Source of the DNA: an uncultured virus (IMG/VR IMGVR_UViG_3300006621_000005)
Taxonomy: Duplodnaviria; Heunggongvirae; Uroviricota; Caudoviricetes
Length of the DNA stretch: 64,000 bases
Direction: 5' to 3' (one strand)
IMG/VR virus record: IMGVR_UViG_3300006621_000005
The notes under the pieces are model-generated. The model had not been told where the DNA came from. It made no database searches and saw only the letters and a program-made list of their open reading frames with translations. The position numbers were made by a program, and so were the translations under genes. How positions within the stretch are numbered: the stretch's first letter is position 1; every line of letters starts with the position of its first letter. Positions 1 to 9,595 of this stretch are shown one piece after another.

Positions 1-19
1 AACACTATAATAGAGAGAA

Positions 20-154
20 ATGAGTAAGGAAAAACTTGTTGGTATGATATGTAAAGAGCAGTTGCAAATGCTTGAGGAGAACCACCCATTGTTTGGAATA
101 AAGAAAGTCCTCACACCTTACTCTATTTTAACCTTTAACACCAAAGAGAAATGA
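20..154 (+). CDS. small hypothetical protein (44 aa, MSKEKLVGMICKEQ...NTKEK)
   Basis: Manually translated ORF below track cutoff; its TGA overlaps the next ATG (ATGA at 151-154), typical of translational coupling. Confidence 0.55.
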   Translation: MSKEKLVGMICKEQLQMLEENHPLFGIKKVLTPYSILTFNTKEK

Positions 155-738
155 GTAGACAGTTTACATGGTGGCGTAGATTCTGGGCAACAAGAAAGAT
201 GCCTAAGCAAATGTTGTACAAAGCTGCTAGTGAATTGCAACAGAGAATTGAGTTCGGTGAATATGAGGTAGACAATCTTGGTAGAGAGTACATGTTAGAA
301 GAACTAATTTTCGAACAGAAAGAGAAGGCACTTAAAAAAGAAAAGCCTTGGTTGACTGAAGAGTCTTACCTAGAACAAATTCAACCAGAAAGAAAACAAT
401 ACAGAAAGAGACAGAACTTAATTATGAAAGCCCATCTTGAAGCTGAACATAAACTACTTCATAAGTTAAGAGAAAAACTATCAGAAGAGTTTGGTATTGC
501 GCAAGATAGAATTCTAGAAGAGATGGAAAAATTCAATGGTACAACTAGAGAGTTTTACTTCCATATCAAATCAATAGCCTTAGGTAAGAAGTTTAATGCT
601 GATAAACAGCAACGACTGATACCTGAGCAACCAAGACATATACTAAAACCTAAAGAGAGAAAGTATGTAGATCTTTGGATGAAATTAGTAAAGAAAAACA
701 AATGGGAAGAGTTCCTAAATTGGAACAATTACCAATAA
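151..738 (+). CDS. hypothetical protein
   Basis: 195-aa ORF, genome-typical codon use, no recognised motif. Confidence 0.75.
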   Translation: MSRQFTWWRRFWATRKMPKQMLYKAASELQQRIEFGEYEVDNLGREYMLEELIFEQKEKALKKEKPWLTEESYLEQIQPERKQYRKRQNLIMKAHLEAEHKLLHKLREKLSEEFGIAQDRILEEMEKFNGTTREFYFHIKSIALGKKFNADKQQRLIPEQPRHILKPKERKYVDLWMKLVKKNKWEEFLNWNNYQ

Positions 739-747
739 ACCACTATA

Positions 748-1689
748 ATGAATAAATCTAGCCTTATGACAAATTATGGATATTGTTGCATCAACATGCA
801 ACTTCGAAAGCAAAAACCATCAATCACTACAAATCGTTCTATGATTAAACGTACCTTTATGGCTAAGGGTCCGGACTATGCATCAGAACTTATTGTACAG
901 AATGTACGTGACCTACGTGAAATTATCAAATGGAACGAGGCCAATGGTATCAAGCTTTATCGTATGTCTTCTGACATTATGCCATGGATGTCAGAGTATA
1001 ATATTTCAGATCTAAAGGATTTTAGAATTATTCAAACTATTCTAGAAGACTGTGGCGATCTAGCTAGGGAGTACGGTCAGAGGATTACATTCCACCCTGG
1101 ACCATTCGATGTCCTCGCATCTAAAAATGAAAACGTTGTCACCAAATCTATTGCTGATCTCAACAAACATGGTGAAATATTTGACCTTATGGGTCTACCG
1201 CGTACTCCCTATGCTGCGATCAATATTCATGTCAATACTACACAAGGTGGTAAAGAAGAGGCAATGCAAAGATTCGTAGATGCATTCCATGAACTTGACC
1301 CATCTGTCAAAACCAGACTTGTTGTAGAAAATGACGACAAACAAAAACAGTATGCTGTAGAAGATCTTTACCAAGGTATCTATAGTAAAATTAACATTCC
1401 AATTACATTTGACTATCATCACCACTGGTGTCACCCTGGTGAACTAACACAGGAAGAAGCTCTCAAGATGGCTTCAACCACTTGGCCTAAAGGTATCAAG
1501 CAATTGTGTCATTATTCATCTTGTAAACAAATTCATGAGGATGCAAGTGTAATGGCTCGTGCACATGCAGACTATATTTACGAACACATTAATACTTATG
1601 GCCTTAATCTAGACATTGAGTTAGAAGCAAAGGCAAAAGAATTAGCAGTTCAAAAATATGTGAAACAATTCGTTAGCGAGCTAGTATAA
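748..1689 (+). CDS. uvsE: UV DNA damage endonuclease (UvsE/UVDE family); start may be 766
   Basis: GYCCIN, LYRMSSD, RITFHPGPF, LVVENDD, FDYHHH, AHADY, ELEAKAKELA motifs of the UVDE TIM-barrel family. Confidence 0.95.
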   Translation: MNKSSLMTNYGYCCINMQLRKQKPSITTNRSMIKRTFMAKGPDYASELIVQNVRDLREIIKWNEANGIKLYRMSSDIMPWMSEYNISDLKDFRIIQTILEDCGDLAREYGQRITFHPGPFDVLASKNENVVTKSIADLNKHGEIFDLMGLPRTPYAAINIHVNTTQGGKEEAMQRFVDAFHELDPSVKTRLVVENDDKQKQYAVEDLYQGIYSKINIPITFDYHHHWCHPGELTQEEALKMASTTWPKGIKQLCHYSSCKQIHEDASVMARAHADYIYEHINTYGLNLDIELEAKAKELAVQKYVKQFVSELV

Positions 1690-1706
1690 CCCTTAAATAA
1701 TTATTC

Positions 1707-1919
1707 ATGACAAAAGTTTTAAACACATTAAAAACAGGATTAAACCTAGTATTAACTTCAATTTTAAGCCAATGGTTCTATGTTATCGGACTATTATGGA
1801 TGTTCGCATCATTCCTTTACATTGGAAAGTCTCAATTTTGGACAGTACTTGGTTTTGGAATCATTTTCACTGGAGTTCAAAACATTATCAATGAAATTAA
1901 ATTAAATTCTAAAAATTAA
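1707..1919 (+). CDS. small membrane protein
   Basis: 70 aa with two hydrophobic segments. Confidence 0.7.
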   Translation: MTKVLNTLKTGLNLVLTSILSQWFYVIGLLWMFASFLYIGKSQFWTVLGFGIIFTGVQNIINEIKLNSKN

Positions 1920-1921
1920 AT

Positions 1922-2170
1922 ATGGACTTAAAAGTAGATGCATTAAGAGCAAAGTATCAAGCTGAAAAACTTGAAGCAATCGCAACACTTGAAGTATACG
2001 TTAAGAACGCAGCCGGAATCGGAGAACACCCGCAAATTATCGAAGAGATGGCAACACTCGTAGAAAAAGTAGCTAACGCAAATGATTGCTTAGAAGCGTT
2101 AGACGAAATCTTCATTCAAACTGGAGAAGGCGATTCAAACGTAGCTCAAGAAGGCTCCGTTAATAGTTGA
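1922..2170 (+). CDS. conserved T4-like phage hypothetical protein
   Basis: GIGEHPQIIEEM motif, helical; resembles small proteins of aquatic T4-like phages. Confidence 0.75.
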   Translation: MDLKVDALRAKYQAEKLEAIATLEVYVKNAAGIGEHPQIIEEMATLVEKVANANDCLEALDEIFIQTGEGDSNVAQEGSVNS

Positions 2171-2203
2171 TTTATTTAGGCTAGACATAGATAACTAAGG
2201 AGC

Positions 2204-2233
2204 AAGAGGACCCAATTTGGGTCCTCTTTTTTT
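2204..2233 (+). terminator. Rho-independent terminator
   Basis: AAGAGGACCCA-ATT-TGGGTCCTCTT hairpin followed by a T run, after the 1922-2170 gene. Confidence 0.9.
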
Positions 2234-2235
2234 GT

Positions 2236-2243
2236 GATATATA
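2236..2243 (+). promoter_or_regulatory. GATATATA putative late promoter
   Basis: Recurrent octamer, directly after a terminator and 12 nt before ATG 2248. Confidence 0.7.
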
Positions 2244-2247
2244 ATAA

Positions 2248-3267
2248 ATGAATACATTTACTGGAAAAGAGGTCGCTGACCACATTAAGTATATTACACC
2301 AGAAGAATCTGATGTACCTGACCATTTTATTAATAAGTATATTCTGCCTAATAATGGTTGGAAGAATAAACCTATTAAACTAAAAGATCTACTAAAAGAT
2401 AGAGACTTTAAAGATTACTATAAATCTGGCGAAGAGCGTTACGATGAGTATGAAGTAAGCGGTGATGACTTATACCAAGAATTAGTTGTCTATAAAGGTC
2501 AATTGTTAGATGGTTATTCTAGAGCAGCGAGAATGTTGAGAAACGGTGAAAAGACTGCAGGTGCATTTGTATTAGAACATAATAAATTTGTAATGGAGTC
2601 TACTGTATTTGAAAGATATACAAAACTGGATTCTATCTCTAATAAATTACTAGGTGATTGTTTTAGACAATGGGTCTTAGATTTTGAGAGAGGTAAGAAG
2701 TCTTCTAGCTTTTCGTTTGAAGTACAGAATCCTGGTCTAACATTTGACTTAAACTGTTCTATCTATTTTAAAGGTAAAGGTTTCGAAGTCCTAAATTCTA
2801 CTGGCGCAGATGGCAGAGATGAAGATGACGATGGTGATTGGCAAGATCCATTTATTAATGTAGACTTTGCTTGTAACCCAGATTGGTTACCTACATACTG
2901 GTCAGATATTTACTTTCACTTAGCGGATGTTTTAAGACATGAGATCGAACACATTACGCAAGATGGTATTGACATTGGTAATTATAGAAAGGGTAAACCT
3001 AATGAGCCAGATGATATGATGAGAATGATGATTAATAATGGCATGTTATCTAAGATGTATTACTTACTTCTACCTAAAGAGGTTGATGCAAATCTACAAG
3101 GCCTAAGGTTCGAAGCTAAGAAACGTAAAGAAAAAACTATTGATGCTGTTAATAGATATTTAGATCAAAAAGAAGAGATGGGAGAGATTACATCTAAAGA
3201 AAGAGAAGAGGTTTTGGCCAAATGGACAGCTCGCGCAAAACAATTAGGATTTAAGTTAGATAAATAG
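2248..3267 (+). CDS. two-domain protein: ParB/Srx-like N-terminus plus HExxH metallopeptidase-like C-terminus
   Basis: LLDGYSRAA resembles the ParB/Srx DGxxR motif; LRHEIEHITQ with downstream EVDA resembles a zincin site. Confidence 0.55.
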   Translation: MNTFTGKEVADHIKYITPEESDVPDHFINKYILPNNGWKNKPIKLKDLLKDRDFKDYYKSGEERYDEYEVSGDDLYQELVVYKGQLLDGYSRAARMLRNGEKTAGAFVLEHNKFVMESTVFERYTKLDSISNKLLGDCFRQWVLDFERGKKSSSFSFEVQNPGLTFDLNCSIYFKGKGFEVLNSTGADGRDEDDDGDWQDPFINVDFACNPDWLPTYWSDIYFHLADVLRHEIEHITQDGIDIGNYRKGKPNEPDDMMRMMINNGMLSKMYYLLLPKEVDANLQGLRFEAKKRKEKTIDAVNRYLDQKEEMGEITSKEREEVLAKWTARAKQLGFKLDK

Positions 3268-3270
3268 AAT

Positions 3271-5110
3271 ATGAAGCATATAAAACCACTTAACGAAAAG
3301 AAGCCAAAAGGCGCTCCTGAGTTTCATCACTCGGATGCACCTGATGCCGAAGGTAGATTTAAAGACCTAGGTATCAAGGATCTTGCAGCATGGTTAATTA
3401 AGACCAGAAAGAAAGATGTAAAGAAGATTAGTGGTTCTCTAACTCAACAAATAGTCTTTAATAGAGGNNNNNNNNNNNNNNNNNNNNNNNNNNNNNNNNN
3501 NNNNNNNNNNNNNNNNNNNNNNNNNNNNNNNNNNNNNNGATAAAATGGATGAAAGTTTACAGGAACCTCTTTACAATTCTTTTTTCCTTTTAGAATTTCA
3601 GAAATGGGTTTACAAGAATAGAGCCAAGATTAATAGAATGTCTAAAGATGAAAAGATTAAATATCTAGAAGATAACTACATTAAGAAATATGGTAATAAG
3701 CATTTAGGTAGTGAAGATCTAAGTGGCGTAGGTTCTGATATTTACCATTCACTGGTCTTAGATAATATTATTAAAGAGTCAGTTAATGAAGGTAAGATGC
3801 CAAAGAAATATATTGGCAATGATGAGATAGTCTATCTTAAAACTAAAGAGGATTCAAAAGGTGCTCATTACAACCTTTACTATAAAGGACATGATATTGA
3901 TAAAGGTGGTCGTAGGTTTGGTAGTGAAAAAGAATTAGAAGATTTCGCTAGTAACTATATTCTATCTAATCAACTATATAGAAAACTAAGATACGAAGAT
4001 TCAATACCTCTACCAGAGTCTGTATTAAACGAAGAAGATTCATATAACGATTACCCAGCTGCTGCAGGTAAGAATGCACAGAAGGCAATTGATTGGAAAG
4101 AGAAGTACGGTAGAGACGAAGTACCTGCTGGAACTCCAGTTGGTTGGGCAAGAGCTCATCAACTAGCTAAGGGCGAAAAGATCTCAGCAGATACTGTAAA
4201 GAGAATGTCTGCATTTAATAGACACAGAAAAAATTCATCAATTGCACCAGAACATAAAGATACTCCATGGAAAGATAGAGGCTATGTAGCTTGGTTAATC
4301 TGGGGTGGCGACGAAGGTGTTGATTGGGCAATTGAAAAATCAAAAGAAATAGACGCTATGAAAGAGTCAAAACAAATGAAGTATATTAAACCACTACATG
4401 AAGCTAAAAGAGGTGCAATCCATAAAGCTGCAAAGAAGGGAAGTTATCCTGTAAGTATTGTAGTAATTAATAGCGGTATGGTTGTTAAACAAGAATTAGT
4501 TGATACACCAGCTGCGGTTCCTGCAGTATTTAATGAATTACAAAAACAATATCCTAATGCTGTAATAAGTGTTGAGTCTAATACTGGTGAAACTCTATTT
4601 AGTGAGTCAGTAGTTAACGAAAGCTTAGGCTCTTATGAATATAAAGAGTGGGTTAAAGAGAATGGTAAGATTAAATACCCAAAATGGATTAAGGTAAAAT
4701 CAAAAGAAATTATTGATGGTGGTTTCATGGACAAGGTCTATAAAGGTGAACACCATTATATGTCTATTTGGTTAGGCTCTTTCGACAACAAAACTAGATC
4801 TGAACTATATGCCTATAACGATAAAGGTAAGAAAGAGTTTGGTGAAATGGGTTACAAATTTATTCAAAGATTCTGGAATGATATAACTGGTTACACTATG
4901 TTCTTCTGGCAAGGCGCAGTGGCTGCATTAGAAGTTAGTAAACATATTAGAGATATGCAAGCGAACGGTGAGTCAATAGAACCAGCATACTATCTAATGA
5001 AAGAATATTTCAAAAACTTTGGTATGGAAACTTCCAGAAGTAGAATATTTAACTCGGCTGTTGAGAAGTTAGAACAGTGGATGAAGGATAACCAAATCGA
5101 AACACTATAA
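3271..5110 (+). CDS. putative capsid-internal multi-module protein (one gene spanning N gap 3468-3538)
   Basis: Starts MKHIKPLNE; ESVNEG/ESVLNEE/ESVVNES linkers; contains the phage GTPVGWARAHQLA...DTVKRM...WLIWGG module; joining across the gap is inferred. Confidence 0.65.
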
Positions 5111-5126
5111 AAATTAAATAATAATT

Positions 5127-6826
5127 ATGTCGGTAACAATTCAAAAAGTAGTAGAATTTAATGGTGATCTAGATCAGCTTCCAGAAGGAACTGACAGATA
5201 TACCTGGACTGCAACATGGACATCTGGTGGTAGTGGCTGGGTGACAGCAACAGAGGTAGATACTAATATCTGGCAATTTGAAGTGGAAGATTGGAATACA
5301 GGTGCATCAGGTGAAGTTAGATCAGTAACTTATGAAGTAAATCATTTTCAAGCATCAATATACACTGATGACCCTGGTTTGAGTAAAAGTTTTACGATTA
5401 CGCAACATGCTGACGCAAACGGTACTGGAAATGTGACAACGACTACAGCTGCACCAACAACTACAACTGCAGCTCCAACGACAACAACGACTACAGTTGC
5501 ACCAACAACTACAACTGCAGNNNNNNNNNNNNNNNNNNNNNNNNNNNNNNNNNNNNNNNNNNNNNNNNNNNNNCAACGACTACAGCTGCACCGACAACCC
5601 AATATGTACCGCCGACATATACAGTTACATATAACTCAAATGGTGGTAGTGGTAGCACGCCTCAATCAAGTGGTCAATTACCAATTACAATAAGAAACAA
5701 CGGTTTTACACCACCTAATGGTAAAACATTCCAAAATTGGGCTAATGGTTATACTGGTGGAAATACTACATACGCAGAAGGTGCATCATATAACACTGCC
5801 GCAAACGTAACTCTTTACGCAATTTGGGATTGGACATTTGAAGGTGTAATTAATTACAATGCGAATGGAGGCGTTGGTAGTTCGGGCGCTACAACATATA
5901 ACTCAGGTCATACTACTAGAACACTTAATACAGGTGGATTTACTAGATCTGGATATACTTTAACCGGTTGGGTGGTCCCAGGGTCGACCCCTCAGACGTA
6001 TACCTTAGGTGAAACAATAACCATTGGTTCGGGTAATTTCTCAGGTGGTACTACAACAATGTTCGCAGAATGGACTCCAATTCCAACGACAACGACTAGT
6101 GCTCCACAAGTATTTTATTTTAGAGAAGCTCAAGAATGCCTACCGCTAGGAGATGGGTCAAACTATATTATTAGGTCAACTGCATCAATGTCCAGCTATG
6201 TTGCTTGTGCAACCAATAATCCAAATATGCCGGATCATCCTTATGAATTTAATGGCCTTCAATATACAGGTGATGAGAACGAAAATTTTGAATTTACATT
6301 CTCATACCCAATGATGCCAAGCGAAAATTGTGGGTGTATTTTAGCAGGTGAATTAATTCTAATGGAAGACGGTACATCTAAGAAAGTAGAAGATGTTGTT
6401 GTCGGAGATAGAGTTAAAGGTATTACATTACCTGGCTTATCATTAGAAGAAGACTCTTGGAAAACATGGAGTTCTGACGATGTTAACTTTACATCAGCTA
6501 ATACTGTTACTGAAGTTAAGTCTATTCAAGCTGAGGTATTCCATACTGCATTTAACTTGATATTTAATACAGGCTCATTAAAGGTAACTGGAGAACACCC
6601 TGTCTTAACTAAAAGAGCAGATGGAAGCGTTTTATTTGTACCTGTTAGAGATTTAGTAGAAGGTGATGCTGTTAGATATTTCCCTTCTAATTCATGGGAA
6701 ACACTTACATCAATCGAAACGTTAGAAAATAACACACTTATGTCATATAACTTAGATGCTGAAGCAGTAGATAATTATGTAGCAGGTGGTATTATTGTAC
6801 ATAACACAATAGGCGAGGAGAAATAA
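5127..6826 (+). CDS. adhesin-like virion protein: BACON-like domain, Thr-rich linker, two Listeria-Bacteroides repeats, C-terminal Hint domain (one gene across gap 5521-5573)
   Basis: After the gap the frame of the 5972 ORF is open from 5576 (TTTAAPTTQYVPPTYTVTYNSNGGSG...FQNW...VTLYAIW...YNANGG...GYTLTGW...MFAEW); ends CILAG...TGEHP...IVHN-TIGEEK. Confidence 0.85.
5434..5600 (+). repeat. Thr-rich TTTTAAP coding tandem repeat
   Basis: Repeated ACAACKACWRCWGCWCCA-type units flanking the assembly gap. Confidence 0.9.
6335..6805 (+). other. Hint (intein-like) domain without endonuclease, C1...HN/T+1
   Basis: Block A CILAGELILMEDG, block B VTGEHPVL, blocks F/G SYNLDAEAVDNYVAGGIIVHN. Confidence 0.92.
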
Positions 6827-6852
6827 GATTAATGGCGGCGTACAGTTAACAC

Positions 6853-6860
6853 GATATATA
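6853..6860 (+). promoter_or_regulatory. GATATATA putative late promoter
   Basis: Intergenic, 30 nt before ATG 6883. Confidence 0.7.
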
Positions 6861-6882
6861 ATAAAAATAGAATAAAGTCAAA

Positions 6883-8880
6883 ATGGCATCAACAATTCAA
6901 AGATCAGTTACTTATACAGGAACTAATACAACATCAAATCCAAATTTTACATGGGTTAATGTAGATGGTGTATCATGGATTACAAGATCTGATACACAAA
7001 CTGCTGGTACATCAGACTTTTCTATTCAAGATAATGACACTGGCGGAACTAGAACATCTCAATGGGAAGTAAGACACTGGAACTGGGTTAATGATAATAC
7101 ATTAGTAGATAGTTTTACAATTACACAAACTGGAGATGGCTCAGTTACTACAACGACTGCAACTCCAACGACTGCAACTCCAACGACAACGACTACAGCT
7201 GCGCCAACGACAACAACGACAACTGCAGCTCCAACGACGCAGGCTCCAGTAAATTATACACTTACATTAAGTAGTGGAACTAGTGGTGCACAGGCAGTTC
7301 AATTTACTGAGGCAACTCCAAACAGTCAATCGATTAACTATACACAGTCTCCTAATAGTGGAACGCCGGCAGTGTTAGTAGATAGTTTACCAGCATGGTT
7401 AACTTCTGGAGGTATTACTGGCAGTGCAATTCAATTATCCCTGAATCCGGATTCCTCAACGTATCCAGCTGATTCTGTAGGATTCAGTATGACATATCGA
7501 CATGGAGATGCTCCAGCTGGTCAAGGTGAAGACGAACTTTACGTAAGCTTCGTTGCAGCTCCTGATAACTCTGTTTTAGTCACGTCTACTAACGTAACTG
7601 CTGTATCTGAAGTTTCAAATGGTGAGGGTGGAAGCACATACTCAGATGATAACTCTGCTAATTCTGCTAATCAGTCGGTAACATATACAGTGTCTTTAGA
7701 TCCTGATGTTACTTTAGATTCATCAGACGTATACTGGTCTACTTCATTACCTTCAACATCTGGACACCAAGCGTCCCCAACTCCTTATTGGGCAACTGCT
7801 TTAACAATAAACAACACGCCTAGTTCTGGCCAAGCTCAAATATCTTACTCTCATGTAGATCCAAATGCATCAACTGGTGGTAATCTATCAAACAAAAATG
7901 CTCCATTAACAGAAGAGCAGGCAGGAACACAATCGGCAAGCCCAAGCCCACAACCTACTAATCAAAGATATGTAATTATTACACATCCAGATGATACTTC
8001 TCACTGGGTTGCAATTCTAGTAACAGCTCCAACAGCCTCGATTACAACTACAACTACCAACCCTGTGTATAATTTTGAATTTACAAGTGTACTTCCAAAT
8101 ACTCTAGTCGGTGGTGGGACAGTAAACGCTAATTTCAATTGGAACGGACCTTCAAACATAGACGAGCAAAATAATGGTATTTACACATATTTCACCGTAG
8201 AAAACCCAAGCTCTCCTGCTAGTTCATCTATTAGCAATGTTAGTGTAACTAATGGAACAGTAACAGTCACAGTTAACGAGGGTGCTAACAACTCTAATGG
8301 CGGTGATACTTTAACTATTAATTTTAATGCAGGTAATAGTTTCACATTGGATCCTGCTAGTATAACCGGTATTGACTTCTCATGGGCACCATGTCACGTA
8401 GAAGGCACTGTGATGAATTTAGCTGACGGTACAACTAAACTAGTAGAAGATCTGCAAGTGGGTGACGTTCTAGCTTCTTATGATATTATAGGGTTAGGTG
8501 ATGATGAAACAACATCACCTTGGGAAGAATACTCAAGCCAACTTAATCAATTCTCAGCTAGCTCAAGTACTGCAACAGTTATGAGTGTAATTGCAGGTCA
8601 ACACACTTCGTATAGAAACTTTAATAACGGTTTAACAAAGGTAACTAGTGAACACCCTATCCTAGTGAAAACTACAGGTAATGATATTCTATTCAAACAG
8701 GCAATTGACGTTCTAGTTGGAGATTCATTCTACACTGGAAGCGGATGGTTAGAGATAACCAGCAATGAGTTGATTAGGGAAACTGTTAACACATACTCAA
8801 TTGACGTAGAAACTGAAGATGTCTATATGGCTGATGGTATATTATTCCATAATGTCCCACCTCAACAAAAAATTGAGTAA
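6883..8880 (+). CDS. adhesin-like virion protein: BACON-like domain, Thr-rich linker, beta-rich domains, C-terminal Hint domain
   Basis: N-terminus paralogous to the 5127 protein (TIQ...WIT...F.I.D..TG..R......H......SFTITQ); ends CHVEG...TSEHP...LFHN-VPPQQKIE. Confidence 0.88.
   Translation: MASTIQRSVTYTGTNTTSNPNFTWVNVDGVSWITRSDTQTAGTSDFSIQDNDTGGTRTSQWEVRHWNWVNDNTLVDSFTITQTGDGSVTTTTATPTTATPTTTTTAAPTTTTTTAAPTTQAPVNYTLTLSSGTSGAQAVQFTEATPNSQSINYTQSPNSGTPAVLVDSLPAWLTSGGITGSAIQLSLNPDSSTYPADSVGFSMTYRHGDAPAGQGEDELYVSFVAAPDNSVLVTSTNVTAVSEVSNGEGGSTYSDDNSANSANQSVTYTVSLDPDVTLDSSDVYWSTSLPSTSGHQASPTPYWATALTINNTPSSGQAQISYSHVDPNASTGGNLSNKNAPLTEEQAGTQSASPSPQPTNQRYVIITHPDDTSHWVAILVTAPTASITTTTTNPVYNFEFTSVLPNTLVGGGTVNANFNWNGPSNIDEQNNGIYTYFTVENPSSPASSSISNVSVTNGTVTVTVNEGANNSNGGDTLTINFNAGNSFTLDPASITGIDFSWAPCHVEGTVMNLADGTTKLVEDLQVGDVLASYDIIGLGDDETTSPWEEYSSQLNQFSASSSTATVMSVIAGQHTSYRNFNNGLTKVTSEHPILVKTTGNDILFKQAIDVLVGDSFYTGSGWLEITSNELIRETVNTYSIDVETEDVYMADGILFHNVPPQQKIE
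8392..8853 (+). other. Hint (BIL-like) domain, C1...HN/V+1
   Basis: CHVEGTVMNLADG, VTSEHPIL, TYSIDVETEDVYMADGILFHN; +1 residue is Val, not Cys/Ser/Thr. Confidence 0.92.
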
Positions 8881-8890
8881 TAAAAAAATT

Positions 8891-8898
8891 GATATATA
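8891..8898 (+). promoter_or_regulatory. GATATATA putative late promoter
   Basis: Intergenic, before ATG 8920. Confidence 0.7.
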
Positions 8899-8919
8899 AT
8901 TAAATAAAACACTATAAAA

Positions 8920-9588
8920 ATGGCTAAAAAAATACTATCATTCGAAGAATATCAAGTTCAGTTAAAGGCTGGGCAAGATAATGTAGATACTACCGAAGAA
9001 GTAGAAAACGAAGAGTGCCCATGTGGCACTGACGAAGAAGGCAATTGCTTAGAGTGCGAAGAAGGTACTGAAGCGCCTGCTGAAGAAATAGAAGACGAGG
9101 ACGATGATTCTGACGACGATACTGATGATGTTGAAGACTCTGATGACGAAGACGATTCTGATGATGAAGACGAAGATGACGACGAAGACGATGATGACGA
9201 AGACGAAGACGATGATGAAGAAGAAGATGAAGAGTCTGATGAAGAAACAGGTGAAGAAGAGGTTGCAGAAGAACCAGCAGCAGAAGGAGAAGCAGAAGTG
9301 CCAGCAACAGTAGAAGAAATGCTAGTTGAAGGTTACGCAAAAGTAAAAGAAGCTGCATGTGCCTATGAAAAAGACGAATACCAAGACCACACATTAGAAA
9401 TGTACATGAAAGAGAATGCTGCTTTAGTAGCAACTCTTGCTGCAAAAGCAATGGAAGAAGGTTATAGTGAAGTTAAAGAAACAGAATTAACTCAAGAAAT
9501 GTATGAGGCTCATTGTAATGAAATGAAAGAGGCTTATGCTAAAAAAATCGATGAGTTAAAAGAAACTTACGGTGCTGGAAAAGAATAA
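8920..9588 (+). CDS. highly acidic protein, putative head-internal/scaffold-like
   Basis: MAKKILSFEEY leader, CPC...CLEC, long poly-D/E tract, helical C-terminus. Confidence 0.75.
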   Translation: MAKKILSFEEYQVQLKAGQDNVDTTEEVENEECPCGTDEEGNCLECEEGTEAPAEEIEDEDDDSDDDTDDVEDSDDEDDSDDEDEDDDEDDDDEDEDDDEEEDEESDEETGEEEVAEEPAAEGEAEVPATVEEMLVEGYAKVKEAACAYEKDEYQDHTLEMYMKENAALVATLAAKAMEEGYSEVKETELTQEMYEAHCNEMKEAYAKKIDELKETYGAGKE

Positions 9589-9595
9589 TAGAACT

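Noticed and set aside
5434..7250. Short tandem repeats as a CRISPR array
   Set aside because: In-frame Thr/Ala/Pro codon repeats without unique spacers; no cas genes in the window
6335..8853. Hint domains as mobile homing inteins
   Set aside because: About 155 aa with no LAGLIDADG/HNH insert, located at the extreme C-terminus of variable proteins rather than in conserved enzyme motifs
8990..9451. Long antisense and alternative-frame ORFs over the acidic gene (also 5348-5602, 62826-63125, 63324-63797, 46673-47110)
   Set aside because: Shadow ORFs of low-complexity or biased sense-strand codons; no independent signals
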